64,000 nucleotides of DNA, taken from IMG/VR virus record IMGVR_UViG_3300020189_000007; one strand, 5' to 3'. The stretch's first letter is position 1; every line of letters starts with the position of its first letter. Under the pieces are notes generated by a model, which was not told the DNA's origin, made no database searches, and was given only the letters and a program-made list of their open reading frames with translations. This DNA is from an uncultured virus (IMG/VR IMGVR_UViG_3300020189_000007). Its lineage: Duplodnaviria; Heunggongvirae; Uroviricota; Caudoviricetes. Below are positions 19,900-29,571 of this stretch, piece after piece. Position numbers and translations under genes: made by a program.

Positions 19900-20741
19900 C
19901 ACTCACCTCCTGATAGTAACTCTTCAGTTATATTCATAAGCGTCAAATATCTTGAGAGAGTCTCATCATCCGCAGTGGATTCAGAAAGGCTTAAGATGGC
20001 GTCTCTTACATCAGGAACCTGCTTTAAAATTATCTTGTTTTGGCACGTGCTCTCGAAAGCATCGATAGCCTCAAGTGCTTCAGACTTAATCGAGCTTAAT
20101 TTAGTCAAGAAAGATGTCTTGTCATCATCAAAAAAGACATATTCTCTCAAGAGAGACATCTGCTTATCGTTTAGATGAGACCCAAACTTTTCCTCAAGCT
20201 TCTTACGCATAATATCAACGACCAAGCTGTTCGCGTCAGGGGATTTCATCTCTTCAATATCGGCCAGCTTTTTCTCTTTTAGAAGATGTGAATGTAGTTC
20301 TGACTCGAACTTTGCGACAACAGACACATCTGGATCTGACGCTCTCCATTCTGCTAAAAGAGTCTGGACTGTCGCATATGTCTTGTAATCAGGAACTCTT
20401 CTGGAATAAAAGTTTGACTCACTCAAGTTATAATTTATATCTTTGATGAGTGCTGATTTTTGCTGTGTCAACAATCTGGTGTTGATATTCTTTGAAGCTG
20501 TTTTTGCCTCTCCGATTATAGACGTCGCAAGAGAATCGGAAGGAACAGACGTTACCATGATCGCTCTAAAAAGTCTAAACTCTTTGAATAATTCTGTACC
20601 AGGAGCGAAATGTCGCTTTATTAGAGAAAGAACCCTGTTCGCCCTCTTGACATCTCCTTCTACCATGGACTCAGAAACAGCTTGAGAAAGCTGTGCAAAC
20701 AGCAACCCAACATTTCTTTTTTTATTATGCTTAACTTTCAT
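19899..20741 (-). CDS. Hypothetical helical protein between portal and protease
   Basis: 280-aa ORF (MKVKHNKKRNVGLLF) overlapping both neighbours. Confidence 0.75.
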   Translation of the reverse strand: MKVKHNKKRNVGLLFAQLSQAVSESMVEGDVKRANRVLSLIKRHFAPGTELFKEFRLFRAIMVTSVPSDSLATSIIGEAKTASKNINTRLLTQQKSALIKDINYNLSESNFYSRRVPDYKTYATVQTLLAEWRASDPDVSVVAKFESELHSHLLKEKKLADIEEMKSPDANSLVVDIMRKKLEEKFGSHLNDKQMSLLREYVFFDDDKTSFLTKLSSIKSEALEAIDAFESTCQNKIILKQVPDVRDAILSLSESTADDETLSRYLTLMNITEELLSGGE

Positions 20742-22680
20742 CTATTTCTCCGGCATCGTATTCTTCAAGAGGATTTCTTTCCCCTTCATTGTTGTTTGCT
20801 TCCGATAAAAGCACTCCGCCTTGTGGACTCAAAATATTAACTAAAGAACTATAAACACTCTTCATTTCCGGAGTCATCGGAGAACGAAGTTTTGGCTTAT
20901 GTGAATAACTATCATCATCGTAGGGTTCCGTTCCCTCAAAAGCAGGCCGAAGATAATCATCACCGAAAGGACGACGCATCGAATCTTGTGATCTCTTGTT
21001 TGTCACCATCCCTTTGAAGTCTGGCATGTGTGTAGTACCTGGACCCCGAGTGCTCTTAGAATTAGGTTGCTTTCTATACGCTGCTTGCGCTTTGATTGGA
21101 GACGATTCATCGTCAATTGACAAAGACGCGATATCAATGTAGTCATCATCTTCTTCTTCGTCGTCTACAATCTTTGAACCCGTCGAGGGCTCAGCAGTTA
21201 GAAGTTGACCGTTCGACGGAACGTCGGCAGAGAATAGGCCGCCACCCTCATCGCCTCCACCTTCTGCACCTCCACCTTCACCTTCAGCGCCGGCGCCTTC
21301 AACTCCAGCGTCATCAACCTTGTCTTGTATCCGACCTTCTTGAACTTCTTGTATCTGCTTATCAGTTAACCCAAGAACATTCTTCTGTACCCACCGGCGG
21401 TCGAGCATACCTTCAGGAACCTTACCAGCTATATCAAACCTTTGAGAGATTAGCTCAAGCTTTTGTAATTGTGCAACTGAGGACGGGTTAGAAAGCTTCA
21501 GCTCAAAATCAAGAAGGTCTTCGCCGTCAAAGCCGTGCACATAAAGATGGATCATAGCAAGTTTGTTCAGCTCGGAAATAACAGTTTTTTGAATTCTCTG
21601 GATAGTACGACTGAACCTTATGTCTTCTTGAGCTAAGGTTGCTTTAGCACCGATATCTTCATCATACCCAAGATACGCTTTAGGAATCTTAAGGGCGGCA
21701 AACAGTTTCTTTTGAATGTATTCAACATCTTCGATCGCAGCTGTGTTTTGGCCACCAGCTAAAGAGTCAATTCGTGTGCCACTATCGCCGCCACGAACAG
21801 GAATGAAATAATCTTCATCAACACTAAGTGGGTTGTATCTTAGATCGACCTTACCAGAGGATTTGTCTATCACTGGTGCTTTTTTAAGAACTGACGTTGC
21901 TTGCTCCATGTAGTTAGGAACATCTTCAGGAGCAACGTTACCTACGTCTACGTAGAAAACCCTTCTCTCAGGAGCTCTGATCACCCTGTAGACCAACATC
22001 GCATCTTCGATAAGTATCAACTGGCGCCAAATTCGGCGGGCTGACTCGAGGACGCTAGACCCATATGGGAGGAAGGCGTCATTTCCGAGCAGACGAAAGT
22101 GAGATATTTGCCAGTTCTCTAAAGATTGATTTCCTTGAGTAAGCCAACGAAATCTTACTGCTGATGGGTTCTCGGGGTCAAACCCTTCTTCTCTTTCCAT
22201 TTCAGATATCGGAATCGGGTAGGCATTGACAACACCATAATTCGGATCGATATCATTAAAAAGGAAAAAATCTCCGTACTTACAAAGATTTCTTACCCAC
22301 ATGACGAGATTAAATTCTACGTTGAGAGTGTCATAGAAGAGAGACTCAAGTATCTCTTTCTTTAGATCATCCTCACAGTAAATGTGTAAAACTCGGCCAT
22401 GCTCGTCAGGAGACACTGTCTCTTCAGAGTAGATATCTAGAGCAGAAGCAATCTCAGGAGTCGCCTCCATCTCGCTAAAGTCACTGTACCTTGACATTCT
22501 ATCGAAGGAACCATAGGCACTCAGTGTGTTAGAATAAACGTCATTATGAGCGCGACGGAAAGTCTCAACAGCAGATGACTTCATATTCGAAGTAACGGAT
22601 GATCTTACCCTCCGCTTTACAGTGGGACCGCTTCGAAAGAGGCTTGTCAGTCTCTGAAATATATTTCCCTTTTCAGCCAT
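20731..22680 (-). CDS. Portal protein (T4 gp20-like)
   Basis: LIEDAMLVYRVIRAPERRVFYVDVGN, EDYFIPVRG and KLFAALKIPKAYL motifs. Long acidic C-terminal tail. Confidence 0.95.
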   Translation of the reverse strand: MAEKGNIFQRLTSLFRSGPTVKRRVRSSVTSNMKSSAVETFRRAHNDVYSNTLSAYGSFDRMSRYSDFSEMEATPEIASALDIYSEETVSPDEHGRVLHIYCEDDLKKEILESLFYDTLNVEFNLVMWVRNLCKYGDFFLFNDIDPNYGVVNAYPIPISEMEREEGFDPENPSAVRFRWLTQGNQSLENWQISHFRLLGNDAFLPYGSSVLESARRIWRQLILIEDAMLVYRVIRAPERRVFYVDVGNVAPEDVPNYMEQATSVLKKAPVIDKSSGKVDLRYNPLSVDEDYFIPVRGGDSGTRIDSLAGGQNTAAIEDVEYIQKKLFAALKIPKAYLGYDEDIGAKATLAQEDIRFSRTIQRIQKTVISELNKLAMIHLYVHGFDGEDLLDFELKLSNPSSVAQLQKLELISQRFDIAGKVPEGMLDRRWVQKNVLGLTDKQIQEVQEGRIQDKVDDAGVEGAGAEGEGGGAEGGGDEGGGLFSADVPSNGQLLTAEPSTGSKIVDDEEEDDDYIDIASLSIDDESSPIKAQAAYRKQPNSKSTRGPGTTHMPDFKGMVTNKRSQDSMRRPFGDDYLRPAFEGTEPYDDDSYSHKPKLRSPMTPEMKSVYSSLVNILSPQGGVLLSEANNNEGERNPLEEYDAGEIDES

Positions 22681-22712
22681 ATCAATCCTTACTTACAACT
22701 TAACTATTATAG

Positions 22713-24311
22713 TCACGATAGCAGCCACTTAAAATCTACAGACCCAGAAACAGCAGGATGACTTTCATCCATTTCTACTGGCATCCCTTTTCTCGCAAGA
22801 TAAGCCATCTCGTACGAATAGGGGCTTCTAGGCTTCGAGTCACGTGACTGTTGTTTATTGACTCCAAATGCGGCTAACATAGCAGAATTTATATCAACTG
22901 ACTTGGACGATTTCTTTGACGAGTACTCATACAACCACAGACCAATTGCTAACGACATGACTAGATCATCATTTTTACCGCGCTGGGCTTGAGCTTTCGA
23001 TCCGCTCCACACAAAGGTCTTAAACTCTGACACGAGTCGAGATGAATATATGTCAACGCGGTTATTTCTTATCATCTCCTCAAGCTTTGTCAGTATCTGA
23101 GCACGACTAGCTCCCTGGGTAGAGAAACCAGCTTTGCCAATAGCTCCATCACCATATATGGCATTAAACTTGTCTTTTTCTTTCGCAAAATAGATGTTTT
23201 TGTAATTCATTTCGCGGAGTTTCATCAACACAGCATAACCGTATGTGTTGCTTTCTGGACAAACTACAGCATCCCCATATCGACGTCCTGCTTCTGATAA
23301 CAGTACAGCAAGTTGGTCTGGCGGAACTTTGCCTCTAAACTCCGCCACTACCTCTGATTCTGTGGTATCTATCACATGGAAAGTAGAGTAATCACTCCCA
23401 TCACCTCTAGCAACATCAGAAGATATTACGTAGTTATGACCTTGTATAAAGTACTTCCATACCCAGACAGCATTCTCTGGTCCCCATTTCTCTATCGGAG
23501 ACCGAATATTCATTTGCAGCCGCTCTATGTCTTCTGTTGACAGAAATGTGTCACCAGACGCTTGGAAATCGCAAAGCAACTCTTGTGCAATCTGTTGCTT
23601 GTTAAGATTTCGAGCCTCTTTTTGAAACCATGCATCATCTCTCTCGGGGTGGACATCCCAAGGAAGCTTTATAGCGTTAAACTCGTTAGATTTCTGCTCG
23701 GCGCCATGGTAGATGTCGTAGTATTGGCCGCCAGTCCCATTCGGGGTTGAAACTAATATAGCTCGACCACCAGTTGAAAGAGTGGGATACAGACCCTTCC
23801 AGAGCTCATCAAAGTTTCTAATAAAAGCAGCCTCATCCACAATTAGCAGTGACAAGGCTTCAGAACGACCAGCATCATCGGACGTTGGTACGGCTTTTAT
23901 TTGAGAACCATTACTAAACTCTATCGCTTGTGTATTCTTTGCAGTAATTTCAGTTATCCACATCCATTGTGGTATTCCAGACAGTGCCACCTTGACTTTC
24001 TTAATAAAGTTTTGAGCAACCGCTAACTTCGTGGCGATTACCAGAATGCTTTTATCTTTTCTGAACATAGCCAGCCAGACAGCATAGGCTGCAGTTAGGG
24101 TTGAAAGACCCAACTGTCGTGACTTTACTACTACGTTAAATCTATGATCGTTAAACTGCTGTAAGCAATCATCCTGGAATGGAAAGGTGTGAAATGAAAT
24201 TCTTCCCTTCATAGGATGCTGAATCTGCACGTAACGATTTATAAAGTAAGCTGGATCTTTTCCACACTTTACAATCTCGCTTATTTGCTTTTGCTTACTT
24301 AGCGGCGGCAT
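22713..24311 (-). CDS. terL: Terminase large subunit (T4 gp17-like)
   Basis: Walker A KSRQLGLST, Walker B LLIVDEAAF, STPNG, and nuclease motifs DVARGDGSDYS and DDLVMSLA. Confidence 0.95.
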   Translation of the reverse strand: MPPLSKQKQISEIVKCGKDPAYFINRYVQIQHPMKGRISFHTFPFQDDCLQQFNDHRFNVVVKSRQLGLSTLTAAYAVWLAMFRKDKSILVIATKLAVAQNFIKKVKVALSGIPQWMWITEITAKNTQAIEFSNGSQIKAVPTSDDAGRSEALSLLIVDEAAFIRNFDELWKGLYPTLSTGGRAILVSTPNGTGGQYYDIYHGAEQKSNEFNAIKLPWDVHPERDDAWFQKEARNLNKQQIAQELLCDFQASGDTFLSTEDIERLQMNIRSPIEKWGPENAVWVWKYFIQGHNYVISSDVARGDGSDYSTFHVIDTTESEVVAEFRGKVPPDQLAVLLSEAGRRYGDAVVCPESNTYGYAVLMKLREMNYKNIYFAKEKDKFNAIYGDGAIGKAGFSTQGASRAQILTKLEEMIRNNRVDIYSSRLVSEFKTFVWSGSKAQAQRGKNDDLVMSLAIGLWLYEYSSKKSSKSVDINSAMLAAFGVNKQQSRDSKPRSPYSYEMAYLARKGMPVEMDESHPAVSGSVDFKWLLS

Positions 24312-24316
24312 ATCTT

Positions 24317-24685
24317 CTAACTAACTTGAAGCTTTATGTTTGCACGAAAATACGCGATCTTTCGTGGAGAATTTGAAGTCGCAGACACAAGCTCTACATC
24401 ATCATCTCTTTCGATCTCTTTAGTCACCAGTGCTCGATCGGTGGCTTCTTTAAATTCTTGCTTAATTCTCTTAAGCTGCTCTGTAAAAACGTCATTTGCA
24501 TATTCACGTTGAGCCTGCAGCTGCTGACTAAGCGCTTTCTCGCTTGCAAACTGAACAATGGACATCATCTGAAGCTCTAGAACTTCTCCATCTAGTCTGC
24601 TGGTGACCTTCCTGTCTTTTGATGAATATCCCCATGAAGTCTCTGTTGCTTGAGCCAGAGCTCTAATTTCTTTTAGGTTTAACAC
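24317..24685 (-). CDS. Hypothetical protein upstream of terL
   Basis: 122-aa ORF with GTG start, overlapping the upstream stop. Confidence 0.65.
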   Translation of the reverse strand: MLNLKEIRALAQATETSWGYSSKDRKVTSRLDGEVLELQMMSIVQFASEKALSQQLQAQREYANDVFTEQLKRIKQEFKEATDRALVTKEIERDDDVELVSATSNSPRKIAYFRANIKLQVS

Positions 24686-24924
24686 GTTCCTTCTCCAAGT
24701 TTTGTAAGAGCGGCTACTCTATTTCGGTAAGATTCAATCTCACTGCCTGTAGGTAAATATCCTTCGTCGCGGTTTAGTTTTCGTAACGGTTCTAAAAATC
24801 CTATCCAGCAATCAACGCAACACTTAGAGCTATGATATCTTGTTACGTCATTCGTATCCCTGATCATTAAATTACAAATTGGGCAATCTATAGGAACGTA
24901 TGAAACATCATGTGCATCTGACAT
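24679..24924 (-). CDS. Small putative Zn-binding protein
   Basis: CPIC and CCVDC motifs. Start placed at MSDAHD (24924); the ORF track gives 24966. Confidence 0.6.
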   Translation of the reverse strand: MSDAHDVSYVPIDCPICNLMIRDTNDVTRYHSSKCCVDCWIGFLEPLRKLNRDEGYLPTGSEIESYRNRVAALTKLGEGTC

Positions 24925-27900
24925 ATGAGTCCTTTCCGTTCTTTTGGATGTCCAAGACGTTATCAACCACGTCTTTCATAGCATCAACGTGAGATATGAT
25001 AAGTATGTTTGCAAAATACTTCTTAAGAGATTCAAGCAGTCTGGAGCATGCCTCAATGTTCTTATCATCTAAAGCTCCAAACCCTTCATCTATTATGAGT
25101 ACGTCGCTCCTTGGCGCATTACATACGTTGATTAGTGCGACTCGAAGGGCTAGCGAAGAAATCATTTTTTCCATTCCGGAACCACACTCAATTATTCTCC
25201 TTGAATCTCCGTAATCTATAAAGATCTCCATATTGTTAGACTCTAAATCGGCTTCAAGGGAAAGGTCAAAGTTTACAACTCCTTGTAGGATCTTTGTTAG
25301 CTCATTGTTGATTTGTGGTAGCTGTAAAGACAAGATTGTGAGTGGGATACCCTTCTTGTCAACAGCTTGCATAAACACGTTATATGTCTCCCACCTTGAC
25401 TTAACAGCGCCGAACCTCCGATTCTCTTCGATCAAAGTAATCTTCTTCTGCTTTGCCACACTTATCTGTTCAGTGAGGTATAATCTCTCTGCATCAAGAT
25501 TGCTTATTCTATCCTCAACTTTCTTTAGCTGATCTCTCATTGCGATTACAGCCGTATCTTTTTCTTCGTCGATGGAGCGAAGGCGCATCTCTCGAAGTTG
25601 AGTCTTTCCTTCCTTTATGAAGTTGATAGCATCCTGATGATCACTTTCAATCTCTTTCATTTCTAAACGAAAGTCTGAATGGCTAATTCTCAAAGAGCTC
25701 TCTTTCTTCAAGAGGTCCTCGTATTTAAGCAGTCTTTCAGACAAGCCCTTTTCCATCAGCGCTTGTATATTCGACTTGAGGGCTCTTAACTCTTTTCTCA
25801 CACCAGTTATAACAAGTTTTTGATCATCTAACTCAGAAGCGCTCTTGTGGGCATCTTTGATGTACGGACATTTTGGGAATTGGTCACCACAAGGCACTCT
25901 CTCAAGTTTTTTAGCGGACTTTTTCTTGCTGTCAAGGCGTTGTAGTTCTAACTCTAACTTTGACTCTATTAGTTCTTGCTGCGACTGTAGAGCTTTTTGA
26001 GTATCAAATTCTTTCCTCAGTTCTTCAATGGGGAACTGCTCTTTTATAAGGCCAATCTTTTCTATCTTTTTTGAAGCTGTGTCAATGCTGTTAGACAGCT
26101 CAATTATCTTTTTTGAAAGAGTTTCGCGCTTGGTGTTCATATCAGAAAGCTTTTGTACCTGCTCCTGTATTTGCTCTTTCGTATAAAGCTCTGAATCTGG
26201 TAGAGCAGCTAACTTTATCTTTAGGTCATCCCTATCTTTCTTAAGAGATACTAGCTCTTCCTCTACTTCAGATATCTCCAAATTTAGCTTCTCTCCAAGG
26301 GATGACTGTTCATCAATCAATTCTTGCCAATTACGATCAGGAGCAGATCTCATCTCCCCTCGAAGCTCAGACATCTCTCCCTTAGCTATCTTTAACATGT
26401 CATCAAAGATCTGTAAGTCCAAAAAGCGGGTCAGTATATTCTTACGTTGTGTTGAGCCCTCTTTGATGAAGGCATCCATTCCACCTTGAGAAGCGAATGA
26501 CGTCATCATAAAGTCGTCTACAGTACCGACTAATTCGCGCAGAGTCTTTTCTGTTTCTCTGCGCTGTTCACCGGTTGCGTCTTCTATTGGGTTACCCGAT
26601 TCATCTATTCTGAATAGATTCAAATTCGTTGGAGCAGATACGACACCGTTTCTGTTGGTTCTCTTTACTGTCTGTCTTTCTGCTCTCCACATCTCTCCAG
26701 CTACTGAAAAGTCGGCGGCGGCTTTGCAATAATTCTTTCGATTGTTTACGATATGGATGTTCTTAAGAGTGCCACGATCAGAGGCATTAAATAGAGAATA
26801 AGATATCGTGCCAGGAATTGAAGATTTGCCGACCCTGTTCTTACCGAATATTCCCGTTATACCGTTCAAGGTATCGAAATCTATTATGTTGCCTTCTCCA
26901 TACCCAAACGTGTTATCAAAATTTAGGCGCCGAAGTCTCCACTGGTGTGACTTGGCGGAGGCCTCTTGAACACACCTTCCGAATACGTCTTTATGCAGTT
27001 CTCGTAGTGACTGTCTGTCTTCATCAGAAAGCTCCATACGCTTGACGTATTCAGACATCAAGGCGTCTTGTTGTTTGAAGCTTCTAAGGTCATTCCTTGA
27101 TATTTTCCCGATGCTTGTCGCGATCTCAGTATCAGCCCCCTTGAAGCTTTCCTGCTCATTCTTGGAGACGACCTCATACGCATCGTACTTTTCCCTTAAG
27201 GAATTCTGAAGCTGCTTAAATTCAGTTTGAGTCATCCCTTTATGGATCACTCTAAACCTTGAACCTGTCCAGTCATCTTGGACTTCATCCAGTGTCGAAG
27301 AAACATCTCCTTGCCACTTTATTGAACGAAAAGCATGGTCATTCTTCAGTTCTATAAATTTAACATCAAAGTCGTCTTTATCTCGAATTTCCCAAAACAA
27401 GAAACCTTTCTCAACGTCCTCGCCATAGTTCTGTTGTATCGTAGAACCAGGGTATGCTACTTTTTCAGTCAGAAACTGTCTCTTGTGGATATCTCCCAGC
27501 ATAGTGTAGTCGAAGCCTTTAAAAAAGTCAACTTTAACGCTATCGCCATTAATTTCCCAGTCTTGGTCAGTTAGTGAACCATTCACAGGACCGTGATATA
27601 ACGCAATGTTGATTCCATCTTCCGGAGGCTTTAAGTCAGGCCAGCCCTTAGGGTCAAAACAACAAAATACACACCAGTTGTACCCGGGAATTCCCGTCGG
27701 ATACACTCCTGTACCCTTCATGAGTTTGATTCTAGGGTCACCAATCGCTCTTACAATCGGCGTAACTGCATCTAAACGATCTTCGTTTGTCATTAGACCG
27801 TCATGATTGCCAAGTATTATATGCACTGGAGCAATGTCAGCAAGGCTGGTGAACCACCAGCGTAGGATATCGATTAGCTCTGGTGAGATTCCTTGGGTTT

Positions 27901-28051
27901 TAGAATGTACAATGTCCCCACCCAAGAAGATGATATCAGGTTGCAATTCTTTTAGTTTCTCGAATGATTGAGAAAACACTTTTCTATATTCGTCGTGGCG
28001 GGAAAGGCCTCGAAAGTGAATATCTGCAAAATGCGCGCACTTTAAAGTCAT
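24908..28051 (-). CDS. Fused Mre11/SbcD nuclease and Rad50/SbcC ATPase (T4 gp47+gp46-like)
   Basis: N-terminal phosphoesterase motifs ADIH, GGD, GNHD, LYHG, LGDIH, YPGS. Then Walker A GKNRVGKSS, Q-loop SQGG, a long coiled coil, signature GSGMEK, Walker B IIDEGFGALD and IISH. Confidence 0.92.
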   Translation of the reverse strand: MTLKCAHFADIHFRGLSRHDEYRKVFSQSFEKLKELQPDIIFLGGDIVHSKTQGISPELIDILRWWFTSLADIAPVHIILGNHDGLMTNEDRLDAVTPIVRAIGDPRIKLMKGTGVYPTGIPGYNWCVFCCFDPKGWPDLKPPEDGINIALYHGPVNGSLTDQDWEINGDSVKVDFFKGFDYTMLGDIHKRQFLTEKVAYPGSTIQQNYGEDVEKGFLFWEIRDKDDFDVKFIELKNDHAFRSIKWQGDVSSTLDEVQDDWTGSRFRVIHKGMTQTEFKQLQNSLREKYDAYEVVSKNEQESFKGADTEIATSIGKISRNDLRSFKQQDALMSEYVKRMELSDEDRQSLRELHKDVFGRCVQEASAKSHQWRLRRLNFDNTFGYGEGNIIDFDTLNGITGIFGKNRVGKSSIPGTISYSLFNASDRGTLKNIHIVNNRKNYCKAAADFSVAGEMWRAERQTVKRTNRNGVVSAPTNLNLFRIDESGNPIEDATGEQRRETEKTLRELVGTVDDFMMTSFASQGGMDAFIKEGSTQRKNILTRFLDLQIFDDMLKIAKGEMSELRGEMRSAPDRNWQELIDEQSSLGEKLNLEISEVEEELVSLKKDRDDLKIKLAALPDSELYTKEQIQEQVQKLSDMNTKRETLSKKIIELSNSIDTASKKIEKIGLIKEQFPIEELRKEFDTQKALQSQQELIESKLELELQRLDSKKKSAKKLERVPCGDQFPKCPYIKDAHKSASELDDQKLVITGVRKELRALKSNIQALMEKGLSERLLKYEDLLKKESSLRISHSDFRLEMKEIESDHQDAINFIKEGKTQLREMRLRSIDEEKDTAVIAMRDQLKKVEDRISNLDAERLYLTEQISVAKQKKITLIEENRRFGAVKSRWETYNVFMQAVDKKGIPLTILSLQLPQINNELTKILQGVVNFDLSLEADLESNNMEIFIDYGDSRRIIECGSGMEKMISSLALRVALINVCNAPRSDVLIIDEGFGALDDKNIEACSRLLESLKKYFANILIISHVDAMKDVVDNVLDIQKNGKDSYVRCT

Positions 28052-28069
28052 TAATTAATACTCCAATAT

Positions 28070-29038
28070 CTATATTAAGGAGCCGGAGCGAATTGTACTT
28101 ATTAGAGATCTCAATCTATCGTTCGAGGACCACGGTACTGCTCGCTCAAGCATTTTAGACAGTTTACCGAGAGGCATTTCTCCGACATCTGTATGGGGCT
28201 CTATGTCTAAAGTTTTTACATCAACGTCATATGAGTGCAGTAATGACGCAATTTTCTGTGATTTTAGTTTAGCGTCCGGATCAAGTACTAGAGTCACGGG
28301 TGTATTATTCTTAACAATTTCTTGGAATAACAGGTGGTTCTCGCTTAAAGAAGACCCGAGCAGGCAAGTAGAGTTTTGAACACTCTTTATTAAGTCAAAT
28401 GGTCCTTCTACCAAAATCAGTCGCTTAGACCAGTCTATATTAATCTGGTTAAAGATAATTTCAGACCTCTTTACTTTTGGGTTTACATACTTCCTGTTAT
28501 CTTCATCGATTGAGCGAGCAGTGTAGTAATTTAAGAAGCCCTCTGAATCGAAAGACGGAATTATAACTCTTCTGCGTAGACGACCGGAGGGAACGGCTCC
28601 CATTTTAAAATACCACATTTGCTTCTCGGTAACCCCACGCTGAAGAACATACTTTTTTACAGCCTTAAGATCCGGATCGGCATTTCTACCGATGGCTGCT
28701 AGTAGCCTAAAGTTTTCAGGAAGCGTAATTCTCTCTTGTTGGGCTTCTTTTTCTTTTACCTGTTTGTGAAAGATGTCTTCAGCGATGTTGTAATATCGAG
28801 GAGCGTGAATCTTGAAGAAACGAGCGAGGCCCTTACCTCTTGTACCACACACCCAGCAGTGATAAAACTCATTATCAACCCTAAGACACAGCTTCTTCTT
28901 ATGCTTTTTTCCGTATGTCGAACACTTCGGATTAATACAGCAGATCGCAGCATTAACTCCGTCTCTATCTAGAAGAACGTCACCAAAAGCATCTCGAATC
29001 AGCTTTATTCTTTTTCTTATGAGAAGATCTTCACTCAT
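28070..29038 (-). CDS. DnaG-like DNA primase (gp61-like)
   Basis: N-terminal Cys/His Zn region (CCINPKC...HCWVC), RVIIP, YYTARS, KYVNP, and TOPRIM motifs VEGPFD and LDPDA. Start chosen at the TAATG overlap. Confidence 0.82.
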   Translation of the reverse strand: MSEDLLIRKRIKLIRDAFGDVLLDRDGVNAAICCINPKCSTYGKKHKKKLCLRVDNEFYHCWVCGTRGKGLARFFKIHAPRYYNIAEDIFHKQVKEKEAQQERITLPENFRLLAAIGRNADPDLKAVKKYVLQRGVTEKQMWYFKMGAVPSGRLRRRVIIPSFDSEGFLNYYTARSIDEDNRKYVNPKVKRSEIIFNQINIDWSKRLILVEGPFDLIKSVQNSTCLLGSSLSENHLLFQEIVKNNTPVTLVLDPDAKLKSQKIASLLHSYDVDVKTLDIEPHTDVGEMPLGKLSKMLERAVPWSSNDRLRSLISTIRSGSLI

Positions 29039-29571
29039 TAAACACAACCGGCTGCTGCTACAATATATGCATCTGCTATATCATAACAGCAATCGGCTGG
29101 TATTACATGACCTTTTCTTGCGCCTGACTTGAGGGTTCGAGTCGGCCACTCGAAAGTTGGTTCCTTCTCTTTCACAAAATTTAAGACTTGGTCTTTCGTG
29201 GTTACATCAGACTTCTTGATTATTTTCAAGCCAGCGAGTTTTCTAGCAGAATTGACGTTCACAAACTCTGGCTGGACATTTAGCTCTTCGAATGCGATAA
29301 GAGTGACAATACCGTTGAATCTTGCCAGCGTAACGATTGTCTTTGCGCTAGAGAATCCAGGACGGAACGCTTGTAGATTCTCTTCTATCGCGACATCTGT
29401 TACTTCATGATCTCTGCTTATATCACGTAGTGCTTCGCGGACGGCTAGTGCTTTGTCGAAGATGTCTTTCTTTTTTGAAAGCTCAACAGCCCCGGCAGTG
29501 ACTATGCTACCTGCTTCATTTAGCAAACACCACCCGACATTTGATGTAGATACGTCTAGTCCAAGCCTCAT
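29038..29571 (-). CDS. RuvC-like Holliday junction resolvase (RNase H fold)
   Basis: LGLDVST, VAIEE and DIADAYIVA give the D-E-DxxD acidic tetrad. Confidence 0.8.
   Translation of the reverse strand: MRLGLDVSTSNVGWCLLNEAGSIVTAGAVELSKKKDIFDKALAVREALRDISRDHEVTDVAIEENLQAFRPGFSSAKTIVTLARFNGIVTLIAFEELNVQPEFVNVNSARKLAGLKIIKKSDVTTKDQVLNFVKEKEPTFEWPTRTLKSGARKGHVIPADCCYDIADAYIVAAAGCV

Noticed and set aside
20731..28051. Inteins or introns in portal, terminase or Mre11-Rad50
   Set aside because: Conserved motifs are at ordinary spacing, and I saw no splice-junction or homing-endonuclease motifs.
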